A DNA stretch of 64,000 nt from Vicugna vicugna. Taxonomy: Eukaryota. Below are positions 41,346 through 54,668 of the stretch, piece after piece. The first letter of the stretch is position 1; each line of letters starts with the position of its first letter. Under the pieces are notes generated by a model that ran no database searches, was not told where the DNA came from, and saw nothing but the letters and a program-made list of their open reading frames with translations. The stretch spans positions 9,789 through 73,788 of the forward strand of contig MU057654.1 of assembly GCA_013265495.1 (NCBI GenBank). The letters are read 5' to 3'. A program made the translations under genes and the position numbers.

Positions 41346-41749
41346 GCAGTGTTCCAACATCTCTGCAACTGAATTTTTAAAATAATGTGATTCTTAATCA
41401 TTTATCATTGTAAAAACTAAAGCACAAGGCAATCTTTTTTAAAAACTTTTTTCTTTTAGGATTAGTACTATATAATCGTGGTTTTGCAGATGAGAAATTG
41501 AGTGAGTGTAAGGTGAAGTAATAATACTCAAATTCGCACAGTTTGTACATGGCAGGACTCTGTCTCCAGAGCCCTCACTTTGAACCAGTATACTTAGAAG
41601 AAGAAAAAGACATTTTTTTGAACTTTCTCAGCCCATGGTAGTTGAGGTTAGGCTGAGGTCATATCCCTTCATGTAGAAATTATGCTTCAGGGGTCATTCT
41701 GTCATGTACTAGAGTTTTAAGAAAAGCAAAAAGAGATTAATTATAAAAA

Positions 41750-44270
41750 CAATGCATTATGTGGATATTTCACAGTATCTTTATCTGTTATGGAGATTTG
41801 GGTATGTTCCAGTTTTTTTGACTTATTATTGAATAATAGAGTTATGAACTGTCTTGAGTGGACTTTTTTTTTCATTTCTTGGGCATATACCTAAGAGTGG
41901 CATTTCTGAGTCATAGGGTATGGGTATGTTCAGTTTAGTAGGTACTTCCAGTGAGTTTTTTCAAAGTTGTTCCAGTCTATTCCCCCACAGCAGTGTATGA
42001 GTCCCATTAGCTCCACATCCTTGCCAACACTTGGTATTTCCCTCCTTTTTCATTTTTATTCTCCTACTGCATGTGTGGCAGTTATCACATGTGATTTTAA
42101 TTTTAATTTCCCTGAAGTGTCTTTTTTAATCTAAAGAATGTGTACCCTCTTTTTTTTTAACCTTCCCATTAATTTGCTTAAGAAACTATAACTTTGGTCC
42201 TGTGGAGTTTGCTTTCTGGATTTTGCTGATTGTATCCGTATTATGTTCCACCTGGCCCCCTCCTATTTCCTTTAAATTGTAAATAGATTTAGAGACTTGA
42301 TCAGATTCAGGTTCTTTGGCAAGAGCACCTCACATGTGGTGGTGTACTTCCTGTAGTGTTTCACCTGGAGGCTCATCTTATCTGATTGTCTCTCCTTCTG
42401 TGTTGTTGAGATTGATCACTGGGTCTCAGGTATTGTCAGCCTGATCTATCCGTTTTCAGTATTTCCATCTGCTTTTTACCTCATCTTTTTTGTAGCCTCT
42501 GAAAATCATTGCCTAGATCTGCATTTCATTAAAGGTTGCAGAAGGGAGATGTTTTAATTCTATACTTTCTTCTGAATTTAGTAGCCGGAATTCTTCTATG
42601 AAGAAACGTTCCCTCATGAACTATGAGGTTACACTGAGGTATGGTACACACAGGAAGAGTAGAAGGAATATATGTATAATTCTTTAGCATTATTTCCACT
42701 TTTCAGAATAATGCATTCTTTCCCTGGGATTCACCAAAGGTGAGCAATGAGTTTGTTTAAAGTGCCATAATGATCTCAAAGATGCTTATATGTTTGATGT
42801 GGTTTAACCTACCATAGTCGTTAATCTTTTTGATATTCAGATTGTTCTCTTTGTCCAAAGGGAACCCCTTCAGGTTGGCTGGAGTCTTTTTGATGTGCTT
42901 TCTGATATGAGAGTTTGGTCGACTCACCTGGTACAATTCCTACTCAGACTTAAAATGAAGCCTGATTCCATGTAGTGGGAAGTGTTTTCAGAGGATTCAG
43001 TCTGAGGACTAGAGTTGAGCATTGCTACGGGACTGGTCATTGCTTCTTAACCTTTTCAGCACATGGAGTCTGTAAATATGTATTATATTTTTGAGAGAAT
43101 GCACGTCATTGCGTTGCATCATGGGCTGCTCCTCCATCTGCTTATAGGTAATTGTTTTTGTCCATTTTTGTTTTAACTTCCCATATTTTAAATATAAAAA
43201 CAAATGTAATACATATATTAGTTTCCTTCCCCATTCACATGTAAAAGGTGGCACAGCCTTCACCAACACTGTCCAATAGAAATGTCTGCAGAGGTGAAAA
43301 TGCTCTGTATCAACAAGTAGCCATTGAGCACCCAAAATGTGGCCAGTATAAGTGAATAACTGAATTCTTAATTTCACTTAATTTTTAAAAATTAAATTTA
43401 TATAGTTGCTTGCAGCTAGTGGCTACCATATTAGACAGGAGCAGCTCTGCATGTTTTTTTCTGCACCTTGCTTTTTTCTCTTAATATTACATCCTGGTGA
43501 TAACTCCACAACAATCTAGAGCGGGAGTCCTCATTGCTTTTTACGGCTGCAAGTACTCTCTGATGTCGCTGTACTTTAGATTACTCAACCAGCCCCCTAC
43601 TGGTAGACATTTGACTTGTCGCTAATCTTCTGTTGTTACGTATTGTTCTGCGAGGAATGGCCTTGTGCTTATTATGCCTTTTTGTATTTTTGCATTGTTT
43701 TCTGGGGGATAAATTCTTAAAAGAGAAATTACTGGTTCTAATAGTAAATACTTATATAATTGTACTAGATAGTATCAAATCCCCCCTATAAGGCTAGTAC
43801 CACTTTATATTACCACCAGCAATATATAAAAATGTCTGTGTCCTCACAGACTATCTAATTGGTAAGAAGAGGTATCTCATTATAGTTCTTTTTCTTTGCA
43901 TTGCTTATCATGAGTTAGGCTGAGCATTTTTCTTGTGTTTAAAGACTGTTTTTTCACTCTGGCATTTACATCTTTTTGGTGAAATACCTGCTTGTATCTA
44001 TTGTCCTCCTTTTTCCTCTCATGTTATTGGTTTTTACATTCACTTTTTCATAAGGTTTCTACACATTAGGGATATAACTCTTTGTGATCTAAATTATAAA
44101 TATTTTCCCCAGTTTTTAGTTTTTCATTTTACTTTGCAGATGGATTTTTTTAGCCATTCAATTTTTTATGAAAAAATTCATATGTATTATTATTTTCCCT
44201 ATTACTTCTGGATTTTGTCGTAGCTAAACACATTTTCACCACTACCAGCTTATAGAAAAATTTACCTAGG
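41750..44270 (-). mobile_element. Old L1M 3' remnants with a MER3-like insertion (~43262-43445)
   Basis: cccacagcagtgtatgag...ccacatccttgccaacacttggta; cactgtccaatagaa...gtggctaccatattagacag. Confidence 0.65.
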
Positions 44271-47200
44271 GGTGTACTTTAATAGGCAGGAGGTAGAGGA
44301 GAGAATTATGGATCATACTGGGGTGTTGGGCATAAGGGGAGTGCTGAGGAGAGCTGTCCATTCATGTGAGGAATCTACAAAAACTATTCCACTAAATCAG
44401 GAGAATTAGATGTTCAGCTCAGGGTCCTGGTCCTGTGCTTGTATTTGAGAACATGATCTCTACTCTTTTCTGTCTCCTGTGGAACTGGGTCCAGGCATGC
44501 TTACTTGTGGAGAAGATCCTACATGAAGCAGAAACTCCACATCACCTCAGATGAACCACTCAGATGACTAAATGGTAGGGATCACCCTCCTAAGGATCCA
44601 CCTCTGTGTCTGTCTAGACACAGAGCCAGTTCTGAAATCTTCCATGAGACCTAGCCAAGAAGTAAAGAGACAGTGAAACCTTAGTTCATGCTTATGAGAA
44701 GAACCCAGACTGAAATCACACAAGGGTTAGTGCATCCTTCACTCTCTATCTGAGAGTGAGATCCTGTCAGAAGGTAGTGGCTGGTTAGCAGTATGTAAAA
44801 GGACAGACATTTGGATTATAAGGTGTCTCAGTTTCCCAAGGTGACAAACCTTCCCTACTCAACTGCATCATTTCCTGTTTATACACTGGGTTTCCAGGAC
44901 TTGGCGTGAAGCTTGGACTATACTTGCTTGGAATAGGTTCTGTTTCGGGTGGGCACTAACATACATCTTGCTCCCTGTGCACATTTCCAGTTATTCAGGT
45001 CTAGAGATCAAGAGAGGGAAGGTGTGGGATGCAGATGTGGAATTGGATTTGCAGTGCCTGGAACACAGTAGACAGTACACAGTATTAAATAAAAGAGATG
45101 TGGATGCACATTAGAGGCAGGAAACAAAATTAAGTATACATCCTCTCAGTCTTGTATACATATGAAATTTTCAAAGAGAGTTGGGATTACACTATACTTA
45201 TTATTTACTTGTCTACGTTAAAGAAATTGTTTGTTTCTATTTTTTAAAAAATAATGCCTTTTCTTTGGGAAAAAAAAATCCATAGAAAATGGAGAACGAT
45301 GCCACCTGGTGGTTTATGGTACAATTGCAGGTGTGAAGGACCTCTGAGGCTGGCAAAGGGTGAGGTAATGGAAGGCGGACTAGGGAAGTGCATGAATTCC
45401 GTGGTATAGGCCAAAGCTTTCTGTAATTTTCCACACACTGGCGGTGATCCTTAAATATTTGTGCCTATCCTGGGATTTTCAAGCCCTAACGCCCAGTCCT
45501 ATGTGAACTAAATGGAAAGCTGCATGAGTTGGTATATGAATAATTCATATAAAGAGGTTTGAGGCAGACAAACATACAGAGAAGCAGTGTCAAATAAATT
45601 GTCCTGATGTGTTTCTTTTACTCATAAAACAGTACACTGTGAACATGTTTCCAAAGCAATGAATGTATAAACATCATATTTATAACCAGATCACAATTAT
45701 TTTATGTTTTTAACATTTTGTACAATAAATGTTCCACATTTAAAACACTATAGAAATGCAGATTTATACAATTAAAGTATCCTCTCTCTCCCATCAACCC
45801 ATACACATTGAATTATTATCAAAGAAATCTCTTTAATGTTATTTTCACACAACAGTATATGAACATGTTTCTAAATTAATAAATGTATCTCTACACTATC
45901 ATTTTGTGGCTTTGTTTGTAGGTTTTCCTATTTTACAAAACTTTATCTCTTTATCTTATAAAACTTTTTCAGATTGCCAGTCAATATGTTTTTTTTAGCA
46001 ATCATTAAACAATATGGAAATGTATGTTAAGAAACTGAAATTATTTTCTCTCTCCCTTCTGCCTCCATCTTCTTCTCATCATAATACAGGTATCATCTCT
46101 TAATTTATTGGTGTCTACTCTCCAGATTTTCCTTTGCATATAATGCACTGACTTATACTTAATGACACACATGTGCGTACACACCCATGATGATGTGCAT
46201 TCTTTTGCAGAAATGGGATCATAGTCTTTTATTTTATGATTTCTTTATTTCACTTAATATAATTCATATTCATTTAATTTGTTTATTTGACATGGAATGT
46301 TTCCTAGTTTTTATTAGAAATGTATACTGCTTTTTATGCACATTATCTCTTCGTATCATTGACATATCATTATTGTTTAAGAGTATTTTGCACATCAAGG
46401 ATATAAACCTTATGTCTGAATATAAGTGGTAAATGATTTTCCCAACTTTTAACAAACATTTTGATTTTGAATTTTTGGTATTCACATAGTATTTTACATA
46501 TTATAGTGATTTTCATTATTCAAAGAGTGCTTCACTCAATTGTTTTAAGAAGAATAACTGAATAATAATGCCTTGAAGTAGTCTGAGTGTTAGTTCACAG
46601 GACAGAGGGGGAAAAGGCTTAGACTTGTGTCATTTCAGATTTTCAGTCCTGGAGCAATCATTTATAAGGTTGTTTCCCTAGGTCAGGTTGCTTAACTTTT
46701 AACTTCTGTTCCTTTATCTGAGTAATAGAGATAATTAGTAGTCTTAAACATAATTGTTTGCATTAAATGAGATAAAATGTAAAACATCTTTTATATAGTA
46801 GTTGTGTACATGTCAATATCCCACCATTCAGGTTCTCTTTCCAAAGGGCAACAGCTTGAGCTGCTTCCTGGTTCTAGTTCAGCATCTCAGGAGTCAGTCC
46901 ATCTGTGTGGCCCCCACACCCAGGCCTCTTGGCCCATGGGACAGGATTTCATCCCCACCATCATCTTCATGTCCGGTGGGAAGCATGACACAGCCCAGAC
47001 TCCACATCAGGCAAGTTTTCCACCATCAGTCTTTAAACCCTGGAAATCCATCATCTAAACAGGAGGCTGCTGGTTGATATGTGTAGAAGGCAAAGGGTAG
47101 ACATTTGACCCTGGAAAATTTACTTACTCTGTTAATCTGAGCTTGGCCATCTGTGAAAGGTGCCTACTAAGGTGCCTACTTCCAGGCTTCTTGTAAGAAG

Positions 47201-47402
47201 AAAAGGGAAAAACCTCAAAGAACATCTGGCATGTAGTGGGACTTTGAGATATATTACTCCCAGCCCATCCTACCACCTCTGTCCCATAAAACAGAAGATT
47301 TGAAACAGCATCTGGAATTGTATCAGCAAGAAGTGAATTTTGGTTCCATCTCATCGTTTCTTTTTTTCCACATGCTTTCCTGTCTCCTTATTTTCATTCT
47401 AG

Positions 47403-47548
47403 TTTGATATGAGTGAAGCAATTTTTATTGAGCTCCAGGAAGAAGAAATAGTACAGAAGAGAAAGAAAAACGGGTCTGCTAGACAGAAGATGGGAGTCAT
47501 CAAACGCGTCCCAGTAGCCAGACCCATCAACTGAGTGCAGGACCTTGG
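47403..47548 (+). other. Candidate spliced exon (146 nt), paralogous to 39490-39629
   Basis: Acceptor ttttcattctag| and donor TGG|GTGAGT; shares gtctgctagacag and flanking similarity with the 39490 exon. Confidence 0.45.
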
Positions 47549-50500
47549 GTGAGTCCCTTCCCCAATGCTGGCCTCAACTCTAATATAGAAGGGCATTCAG
47601 TATAGAAACAGTGTTTAGGGGCAAGGGCTTTGGAATCAGAAGGACTGAGATTTGACACTGAGACCCATTACTTGCTGGTTGCATGGTCTTAAGCAAGCAG
47701 TTTATCTATTATGTGTTCTATGATCACTGTTGTCTTTTATTATTGTTTCTTATTATTACTTTTAAATTATTATTGTTTTTCCTACCACCCATCCAAAGAA
47801 GTGATAGGAGTGAAGATGATACTGCCTGGCATTACAATGTTCCACAGAACTGTGATTTTTTTATAATGGTTGAATAAAGTGATTGACACACACATTAAAG
47901 GAAGTCTATAGAAAACTCATGAGCAGACTCCAACATGTGAGATTATTTAATATGCTACAAGTATGGCATTTCCAATCAGATACATTGTTCAAGAGTTGAG
48001 GCTGTGTCCACTGGTCAAGGCTTCATTAAAAAACATTTACATCTTGTCTTATCCCTTGCCATTTAATCAGAACACTTTCTCCATGTGCTGGTACTCAAGA
48101 CAATAGTTAAGATAAAAGCAAAACCAAAATAACAACAAAAAAAGGATACTGAACTGTATATGGAGTAAAATAATAGTTATAAGAAATGTGTATATAATAT
48201 ATGTATATTACACTTGCATATGTGCATGCAGAGGAAAATAATGGAAGGCAATAGCTTAGTGTAAATTTCAGTGGTGATGGGATTGCTGGGTATTGATATT
48301 TTTCAACTGTGTACTTGATTGAAAATATTAAACATGTGCTAAGTGAACTATACATTATGTTTATGATAAAAAAAACTGTATCTCCTAAAAGTGCTACTAC
48401 TTATGAAGGATTTCAGATGAAAAGCATAGAACTATAAAATCAATTGAGATTAAGAAAAAAGCTTTACTCCTCCCTGGTTGTATCTCCTTCTTTCTGCCCT
48501 AGGGATGATTACTACCCAGAAAGGGATGATGATTATTCCCATGCATTGCTATATCCTTTTACCCCATATGAGAACTTCCCTAAACAAAATATTTTTCTGC
48601 GTGTTGTCACTATGCACAAATACATTAACTGTTCTTATCATCCAGCTTGCTAATTTAACATATAACATACGTGCACACACACACTCACATGTACACACAT
48701 ATGTACGTGTGTGTGTATATATGTATGTTTATACATGTGTTTGTGTGTCTATATCCTGGTCCTTACACTCAAGGGAGTGCTGTAAGGAGTTCAAGGGGAA
48801 AAATCCATCAAGATCCCAGGACGGTATTTGACATGTCATCCACAACACCAGTGTTTGCTTCCTTCCTATCCTAACTTCTGATCTTTAACAGGGATGTTTA
48901 TTAACCTCAATAACATTACCATGTTTGAGTGACTATTTAGGAATGTGAGAACAGGAAGGGAACAACACACTTAACTGTATTATGAAGGAATTTCAGTGCC
49001 GTCTCTGGGATATGCAGTGTAACAGAGTTGGGCTGGGGAAAAATCCTCATCCTTTCCAGTGAATAATCGTGCTTTTCCTCTCCTTTGTTGGTGCCCTCTG
49101 TGTTCACATTAGGTATACACATGACCTGAGAGTCTGGAACCCACTTAAAGTTCTAGGAAGAGGTGGCTGGTCGGGGGTTGACAGGAAGGGACACTGTAGC
49201 AAGAATTAGGAGCTCTTTCTGGGTCCCAGAGCCTAAGCCATCCCAGGGTGAATTCCTTCTCCTGCTATGACTTGCACTGTCACACGGGTCTTTACTCAGC
49301 ATCCATCACTCTTTGCACCTCCAGTGACCCAGGGACTACAGAGGTCACAGTTATGGTTTCACGCAGTCCAGGTCCTTGTGGAAGTTGTGGTCACCTCTGT
49401 AGATCCCCCTTAATTTACAAAGAGGAGGACATGATCAGAGACTCCCAAAAGAGGAGCTGGGCGGGACAGTGGGCAGGATTCATGGGGCTGGATGGGAGGG
49501 AGGGCACGGGGAGTCCATCCTGACTGGAGTGAAAAGTGGGGACTCCCAGGGGAGCATTCAGGGCTCAGAGGTGGGACACTCCAGGGGCATGAGGCCATCC
49601 AGGTGTAGGGCTGATTGGGGAAGGAACACACTTGCTTCTGTGGGATGCTGCATAGTATCCCCTGGATACACTGAAATGGCACAAATGATGGGAAGAAGGA
49701 AAGTGCCCTGCTCGTCTGTCTCTGGTCCACGGGGGCAGGTTCAGAACCAGGAGCACTGACAGTCGTGAAGCTGAGTTGATGCTCGGTTCCCTCAATCTCC
49801 CTCAAGGGGAAGGACTTATGACTAACGGGTCCCCCAAGCCCTCTTTAGTTTCTCTCTGACTCCAGGCCCCAGGGGCTCCCATCAGTCAGTGAGGTTCTCC
49901 CTCCCTTCTGGAGTCACATTCTTAACCAGAACACTCTGTCCGCATGTTCACTCTCTCCATGCTCTCATTTGTTTCATCTCGGCATCATCCCAGAGATCAC
50001 TCAGGTTTTTCTCCTGTGTTACCTCAACTCCTTTCATCAGCTTAGTGAGGTGTATCACACTACACTGCTCTGACCAATTTAGGCTTTAAAAAAAACATAT
50101 TATTCTTGTGCACTTATTTCTTCAGAGTTAAGATCTGACCCCTGCGCCAAACAAATCTGTGTTTTTTGACAAAATGCCTCCCCCTTATGCTAGGGTAACT
50201 CTGTGCTGTTGTACATACATGGGCTCAGTGTACTTAACTCAAATGTGCTGTCATCCACACTTCTTGACCTGTCCAGTAGCATCTCTGCACAGGATTTCTC
50301 CTGGGATGTAGTGGTTTGTTTCTGGATTTCAACTATGTCATCTGCACACATTCTCTTATACACAGTTGGCCCTGTCACTTTGGACCCTTTTTGGAGAGCT
50401 TCAGTGGTTTACTATGTGGGCCACAGTGTCCCTTGCCTTGTCTCAAATTTTGCCTGTCTGCCAACTTACTGAAGGTAGAGATTAATGAAGATGCAGGGTC

Positions 50501-50889
50501 CAATTCTTGGCCTTTCCTGAGTCCCTTGACCTTGGAATAGAAGCATTTAATAACCAGGGAGTGAATATGACAGAATGCAGTTGGCTAAAACAGATTTGAA
50601 ACATCTGAAAAGCACTGCATTCCAATAGAGAGATTTTTTAAGAGAAGAGGGAAGTATGATACCAATGTAAGTGAGTGTTCAATGGGAAGATATTCTGATC
50701 TTAACTATCTGTTTAGAATCTAAGGCATATGTGTGCCCTTATCCTAGAATATCTGTCATTCATTCATTGCTTCATACCTACATGAGTAATAGGTAGCTCC
50801 AGCAGTGGTGAGTGCCTGCATGCCCAACTCTTTCACATTGTGTGGTCAGTAAAGTTCCTTTGTCATCCACTTTTTGTAATAGATGAAAA

Positions 50890-53535
50890 TACTTCCCCTA
50901 CATTCATTTAGAACCACATCATGTAGTGTAATACTTTTTGTTTCAACCATCCAACAGAATTTTAGAAATCTCAATAGGAGAAGTTGAAAAGCTACTATAC
51001 TTATCCATATTTTTGCCCTTTCCATTTTTCTTTCTTCCTTACTGACATTCCAGGAGCATTTCTATTATTAGTTCCTTTCTGTCTTAAGAATTTCCTTTAG
51101 CCATTCTTCTAGTTTACATCTACTGGTGATAAATTCGCTTCATTTTCTTTCATCTGACAATGTCTTTGTATACCCCTTCTTTCCTGAAGGATAACATAGC
51201 CGCCAGACACAGGATTTTAGGTTAACAGTTCTTTTCTTTTAACACTTGAAAAATGTTGCAGTATAATCACTGTATGGCACAGGGAAATATATACAAGATC
51301 TTATGGTAGCTCACAGAGAAAAAAATGTGACAATGAATATATATATATATATGTTCATGTATAACTGAAAAATTGTGCTTTACACTGGAATTTGACACAA
51401 CATTATAAAATGATTATAGATCAATACAAAATATTTTAAAAATAAATGAATAAAACATACATCACCATAAAAAAAGAAAAATGTTGCACCACTTCCTTCT
51501 ATACTTCATAGTTTCTGATGAGAAATTTGCTGTTATTTGAATTGCTTTTCTCCTATAGGTAATGCATCATTTCTCTCTCCCTGCTTTCAAGGGTTTTGTT
51601 TGTTTGTTTGTATTTGATTTTCCAAAGTTCTATCACGATGCATGTTTTCATGGATTTCTTTGGGATAATTCTGTTTGGGTTTCGTGCAGCTTCTTGAACC
51701 TCTAGATTTATGTCTTTTGCTAAATTTGAAGTTTGTTAGCTATTATTCCTTCAAAAAATTTTTTTCTACACACTTTTTCTCCTCTCCTTCCATGACATGA
51801 ATATTACATCTTCTGTTATAGTCTCACAGGTCCCTGAGACATTGTTCTATAATTTTTCAGTCTATTTTTCTCTGTTGTTTAAATTGTGTTATTGCTACTG
51901 TTCTGCCTTCATGTTTACCGATTCTTTCCTCTTTCCTCTCCATTCTGCTGTTACATCCATCCACTGAGTTTCTACTTCAGTTATTGCATGTTTCAGTTCT
52001 AAAATTTCCAGTTGGTTCTTCTTTGTATCTTCCATTTCTTTGCTGAGACTTTTTTTCATTTGTTTCAAGCATATTTGTATTAACTCATTGAAACATTTTT
52101 ATGATGACTACTTTAAAATTCCTGTTAGAAAATTCCAATACTTGTACTGTCTTGATGTTGGTGTCTGTTGATTATCTTTTTTCACTCAGTTAAGATTTTT
52201 TGATTTTTTGGGTAGAAGAGGGAGTTTTGATTATACCCACAGGATATTTTGGGTATTATGTTATAAGAGTCTGTGTCTCATTTAAATAATCTGTTTTAGT
52301 CTCTTGTGACAGCATGCCAGTAAGGGATGAAACTCATAACATCGTGTAATAGCCATGGGGGAATGAAAGTCCAGGTTCCCCACTCAGCCTTCTTTGACTC
52401 AGGAGTTGGAGGGTAAGGTGGGAGTGGAATGGATGACTTGTCACTACTTGGTAGAGGTGGGATTTCAGGCTCCCCGCCCCCAGGCCTCCACCTACACTAC
52501 CCTGGCTGAGAGAGGCAGCACACCTCCTAGCTGTTCCCCATGCCCATGTGGCTTCCACTGACACCATGGTGGGGGTTGGGTGGAGTGTGCTCATTACTGC
52601 CAGGTGAGGATAAAAATTCAGGTTCCCCACTCCCCCTCTACTAACATGGGAGATGGGACAGGTGTAGGGGTGGAAGGGAAGTGGCACCTTGTTACTGCCT
52701 GGTAGAAGAAGGATTTCACTCCACACCAGGCCTCCACCAACACCACCCAGGTAGGAGTGGGAAGGCATCTTCTTACTGCCCTTTTTGTGACCCCTGTTAA
52801 TGCTATGGAGGGCAGGAGGCCTCTTTATCATTGGATCGTCATGAAAGTTCCACTGTCCCATTCAGCTTCTGGTGACACCAGCCCAGAAAGGGGAATGGTG
52901 CCTTCCCTTCCACCAGAGGAGGAGAAGGGTGCCTCATTATGACTGGGTGTGGGTGGGAGTTAGGCTCCCAGTGTGGTCTCCATGGACACCATGGTGGGGG
53001 CACTTATTTCCACCAGGTGGGGATGAAAGTCCCTCTTTCCCATGGGGTCTTCTCTGATAAACCCCAAAGTATGGGTCGGGGTACCTGGTTAAAATCAAGT
53101 GAGCATGGAGTCCACATTTCCTGCTCAGTCTGCTGGCGTGGTGAGGGTGCAGCTGGGTTTCATTTTGTGATGTTAGGGCAACTGTCATCTAAAAGCTTTC
53201 TTTCTTGCTAGGTTTCCCCGTTTTCTGGTTCTTTGTCTGGACAAAGATTTTCTAAGATTTTCTTGGGGCTCTTTGTGTCTTTTCCTGTTGGCATTTTAGT
53301 GTCTCCTACTTCTCCAGCGCCCAGTCTGGGATAGGTGAGGCAGAAATAAAGCCAAGGGAATTCACTGCCTTGTTCCTTGGATCCCAAAGTCCCAAGCCAG
53401 TCTGCCTTTTTTCTTTCCACTTTTCAGAGGCTTCTTATGTTTCTTTCACCTGTAATATCCAGAATTTTTTAGCTGTACCTAGCCAAAGTAATAGGGAGAA
53501 GTATGTCTATTAAATCTTTCCCCCAAACAGAAGTC
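50890..53535 (-). mobile_element. Old L1M 5'UTR/ORF1 region, including GC-rich internally repetitive 5' segment (~52330-53200)
   Basis: tttctgatgagaaatttgctgtt and ccattctgctgtt...ccatccactgagttt motifs; recurrent ccagg(t/c)tcccc and c(a/t)ttactgc units. Confidence 0.7.
51261..51475 (+). mobile_element. Young, severely 5'-truncated L1 3' end
   Basis: Perfect 13-bp TSD gaaaaatgttgca (51248-51260 and 51476-51488); same 3'UTR family as 60920-61080. Confidence 0.9.
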
Positions 53536-53574
53536 CTTTCCTTTTATTTTTTAATGTAAGTAAAAATGGGTATA

Positions 53575-53803
53575 CAGTTGACTCTTAAACAATACAGATT
53601 TGTCCACTTATACATGGATGTTTTTCAGTAGTGAATACTACATGATCTGAAGTTGGTTGAACCAGAGACAGAACCACAGATATGGAGGAAGCAAGGATAT
53701 GGAGGAACTGAGTATGTGGAGGGCCAACTATAAGTTATATGTGGGTTTTTGACTGTGTGGAGGGTCAGTGCCCCTCACCTCTGTGTTGTTCAAGGGCAAA
53801 CTC
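53575..53803. mobile_element. MER8/Tigger2-type MITE
   Basis: TIRs cagttgactcttaaacaa / ttgttcaagggcaaactc, TA on both sides, about 230 bp. Confidence 0.75.
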
Positions 53804-54191
53804 TATTTGCATTCCCTCAGTTCTTATATTAAAAAGTACCATGCTCTACACCTTTGTGTACATTGACTTTTTCTCTTAAGAATATACCCTGGAGGTATAT
53901 TCTTTATGTGGAGATATTCATAATTCTTCTTTAAGCTTACTTAGTATGACTATGGTTGTGTGCTAGTTGGTTCATCCAGAACATAATCAATGAATATTTA
54001 GGTTTCTTCCCTTTTTCTTATACAAATAGTGTCTCAGTGAATATCTGTATTTGTATCTACAATCTTTTTGTGTCATTACCTATATGTCTTTAGTATATAG
54101 ATATAATGTTTCTGGAAATGGGATTTCCTAGTCAAAGCATAAGAACACATGTAATTTTGCTAGGTATAATCAAATTCCCCTTTATAGTGGT

Positions 54192-54668
54192 TGCATTACT
54201 TTCTTGTAGCTACTATAACAAATAACCACAAACCTGGTATCTATAAAAAATTAATTTTCACTGTTTTAGAGGTTGAAAGTCCAAAATTAGTTTCACTGGG
54301 CCAAACTCAAGGTGTCAGCACCATGATGTTCATTCTGAAGGCTCTAGAGGAGAATCTGTTCCTTGCCTCTTGAAGCTTCTATTGACTGCTGACATTCCTT
54401 GGCTTGTGCCTACATCAGTCCAACCTCTGCACCCCTGGTCATATTGCCTTCTTTTGTGTCTGTATCAACTCTCCCTCTGCCTCTCTGTTATAACAGCACT
54501 TATGATTGCATTTAGGGCCCACCTGGATAATTGGGATACTCTCTGCATTTCAAGATCCTTAACTTCATTACATTTGCAAAGACTGATTTTTCACAAATAC
54601 AGTATGATTTATAGGTTCCAGAGATTAGGATCTGATATTTCTGGAAGCAAATACTAAACCTACTACAG
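54192..54668 (-). mobile_element. MaLR MLT1C/D-like LTR
   Basis: gaaggctctagaggagaatctgttccttgcct...gattgcatttagggcccacctggataat. Confidence 0.8.

Noticed and set aside
52330..53200. Repeat-spacer-like GC-rich array
   Set aside because: Units are degenerate and irregular and lie within an old L1 5' region; not a CRISPR-like or novel array.
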